From assembly GCA_945865405.1 (NCBI GenBank), contig CAMBDS010000003.1, positions 143,436 through 207,435 of the forward strand: a DNA stretch of 64,000 bases, read 5' to 3'. The notes under the pieces were generated by a model, which ran no database searches, was not told where the DNA came from, and worked only from the letters and a program-made list of their open reading frames with translations. How positions within the stretch are numbered: the first letter of the stretch is position 1; each line of letters begins with the position of its first letter. The stretch comes from Caldithrix abyssi DSM 13497 (GTDB lineage: Bacteria > Electryoneota > AABM5-125-24 > Hatepunaeales > Hatepunaeaceae). Below, one piece after another: positions 62,236 through 64,000 of this stretch. A program made the position numbers and the translations under genes.

Positions 62236-64000
62236 TTATCGTGCACCTGGTCCGCCGAAAGCTCCCATATCACTCCTGCTACCATTGGGATCCAGAATCG
62301 CCGGATCACCGGCGTCTATGCAGAGCGAACCGGCCTTGAGCCAATACTCTTCGTAAGCTGTTCCAGCGGCACCTACAAATGACGGGTCGGTAATGATGTT
62401 GGTAGCCATGTTGAGTGTTGTGTCCGATGAAATCGAGACTGGCGAGACCGGGTTGCCCCAAAAGTCATTATAGGTAATCTGTGGGAATGAGGAGTTCTCG
62501 GCGAAAATTCCTCTTCCTCCACGAAGCACACTACCGTTGCGGTAGAAAATGTTGTTAGTGACTACTGGCGACGAGTTGTTCGAGCAAACAAGTCCGAAAT
62601 AGCCGTTGCTGGCAAAGACGTTGTTGACGATTTCGGCGTTGGAAAGGTTCTCAATCCGCATTCCGTCGGTTCCATTGAAGCAGATCACGTTGTTCTTCAC
62701 TTCCGGTCGAGATGAGCCTGCGGCATGAATGCCGTAGCCCTGCCCGCCATAGATGAAGTTACCGGAAATCGTCGGCGAACTGTTAAACCGGCAAATGATC
62801 CCTGCGATAGAGTTTCTAATGAAGCGACAATTTTCGATGGTCGGATTGGAGATGTTGTCGCAATAGACGCCGACCGAGTCTGTATCCATGAACGTGCAGT
62901 TGACGATCCTGATGTCTTGTCCGATCAACTTGACACCCCAGCGAGCATGGGAGATCTCAGTGTAGGATAGGACGCTTGAGGGGTCGCCGCCGCTATCGAA
63001 GATTAGCCCAAGCCAATCTCCTTTTATCGGCGATAATGAAGCCGATTTAATCCTGACAGGATTTGCCGAAGTTCCGGATGAAAGGATGCGCCCTTTGGCG
63101 CGGATCGTGAAGCGTCCTTCAACCCTTATCTCGACACCGGCATCGATATTAAGGTTTTGGCCTGACGGCAGATAGATGTCGCTGGAGAGGGTGTAGGGGC
63201 TTCCCGCCGCAGTCAAGGTTCCCACCGTGAACAACCGGCGAATTTCGCCGGGCCGGTAGGTGTAAGAGTAAACGCCAAGGTCAAGTCGCGTTCCGTCGCC
63301 ATCGAGTGATGTTCCCACAGGTCCCGCATCGATTGCCGATGACCATGGGTTTAAATGGAAGTCCCAACTGGTGCCGTTCTTAATCTTGGATGCGTTGACA
63401 AATTCGGGATTGAGTCGAAGATTAAACTTGTAGTCGCAGCTATCGAGATTGCCGTTTGCCCCGGCGATTCTGCCGAGCCTGACTGGAGCCTGGAGGTTAA
63501 ACTCGCCCGAAAAGTTCTCGATGACGATGTTATAGCTGACATTGACGTCATCGCGGCGTTCTTCGGTCGGCATGGCGCAGAAAACGCCGTAGTCGTCATT
63601 TTCGGCGATAATATTGTATCTGATGTTCGGGTTAGCGCCAGATTCGATATAAACACCATTTCCAGCGTTGTCAAAAAACACCGATCTCTGGATAACCGGG
63701 TCGGACGTCGAATCGCAGTAAACACCGTGAAATCCACTGGCGAGAAACCACGAATGGGATACTGTGGGGCTCGAGTTCAACAGAGTCAGACAGCCATACT
63801 CGATTCTGGTGCTATCAAGCTCGCCATTGGTGGTGTCATACGAGAAGTGCCGCCCAAATTTCGCGCCGTAGATGAAGCGGCAATACTCAAAGACGGAGGC
63901 TGGGTCGGCCGAATTGAGCCATATTCCATCCCAATCCCCACGAGTCGGATTGCGAGATCCTGATGTGAAAGTGATCGGGGCGATTTCGTTCCCTCTCGCA
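62236..64000 (-). CDS. Parallel beta-helix repeat protein, 5'-truncated by the window end
   Basis: Beta-helix turns (IENCRFIRNSIAGI, ISGNFIYGGQGYG, VKNNVICFNGTDG, IVNNVFASNGYFG, VTNNIFYRNGS). My own translation shows the frame stays open from the track start (TTG 63780) to nt 64000: ...ITFTSGSRNPTRGDWDGIWLNSADPASVFEYCRFIYG... Confidence 0.8.
   Translation of the reverse strand, partial: ARGNEIAPITFTSGSRNPTRGDWDGIWLNSADPASVFEYCRFIYGAKFGRHFSYDTTNGELDSTRIEYGCLTLLNSSPTVSHSWFLASGFHGVYCDSTSDPVIQRSVFFDNAGNGVYIESGANPNIRYNIIAENDDYGVFCAMPTEERRDDVNVSYNIVIENFSGEFNLQAPVRLGRIAGANGNLDSCDYKFNLRLNPEFVNASKIKNGTSWDFHLNPWSSAIDAGPVGTSLDGDGTRLDLGVYSYTYRPGEIRRLFTVGTLTAAGSPYTLSSDIYLPSGQNLNIDAGVEIRVEGRFTIRAKGRILSSGTSANPVRIKSASLSPIKGDWLGLIFDSGGDPSSVLSYTEISHARWGVKLIGQDIRIVNCTFMDTDSVGVYCDNISNPTIENCRFIRNSIAGIICRFNSSPTISGNFIYGGQGYGIHAAGSSRPEVKNNVICFNGTDGMRIENLSNAEIVNNVFASNGYFGLVCSNNSSPVVTNNIFYRNGSVLRGGRGIFAENSSFPQITYNDFWGNPVSPVSISSDTTLNMATNIITDPSFVGAAGTAYEEYWLKAGSLCIDAGDPAILDPNGSRSDMGAFGGPGAR

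Noticed and set aside
1-64000. Mobile elements, prophage, integrons, rRNA
   Set aside because: No transposase, integrase or recombinase motifs and no long terminal inverted repeats were seen in any frame. The only composition-deviant segments (about 2.58-3.3 kb; about 49.7-51.4 kb; parts of 17.2-19 kb) lack mobility genes.

Overview
This is a gene-dense 64-kb window, roughly 50-55% GC by eye, from a bacterium with a type IX secretion system (T9SS). The T9SS evidence is many proteins ending in an FPNPFN...G.Y...K..L(I/V)K sorting domain, a PorV/PorQ-family gene and a CarboxypepD_reg TonB receptor. The organism also uses clear Shine-Dalgarno sites (AGGAGG before 17908, GGGAGAG before 26055). 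By inference it is FCB-superphylum-like but probably not Bacteroidia. I support about 37 protein genes. Two of them run off the window edges and are missing from the ORF track (1..402 minus strand; 62236..>64000 minus strand). There are also tRNA-His(GTG) and tRNA-Glu(TTC). I found no rRNA, no CRISPR and no transposase or integrase. Gene content by position: (a) 0.7-7.3 kb holds a PilC/GspF platform protein, a low-GC MNT/HEPN toxin-antitoxin pair, a sigma-54 activator with a non-phosphorylatable receiver domain, and an ABC exporter. (b) 8.4-37 kb is dominated by giant secreted T9SS proteins: three collinear gingipain(C25)-like paralogs of 1656, 1827 and ~1694 aa, and one beta-helix protein. 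This region also holds two tandem methyltransferase-like genes, a TonB receptor with its lipoprotein partner, an MFS transporter and an M28 peptidase. (c) 37-48 kb is housekeeping: grpE-dnaJ, comEA, rsmD, S8 protease, TolB-like protein, greA, amidase, coaX-birA. (d) 48-51.5 kb holds two convergent, overlapping GT-C-like membrane glycosyltransferase genes. (e) 51.5-64 kb is a tightly packed minus-strand T9SS locus in which porV is flanked by two very large beta-helix proteins, a ~1012-aa protein of unknown function, and two lipoproteins. The best candidates for something undescribed are three. First, a modular family in which four different heads share one ~450-aa propeller-like tail plus sorting domain, and two of the three C25 heads seem to have lost the catalytic Cys. 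Second, the porV locus, where an unrecognisable protein occupies the usual porU position. Third, the ABC-exporter operon with a pseudo-receiver sigma-54 activator. Smaller oddities: two genes whose conserved N-termini can only be reached from in-frame ATT/ATC codons; a heptanucleotide tandem repeat at a stop/start junction; families of perfect U-tract-less hairpins, including a tandem pair with a compensatory change in a divergent promoter region; and a weak SRP-RNA-like motif. All domain calls come from reading motifs by eye. No searches were run.
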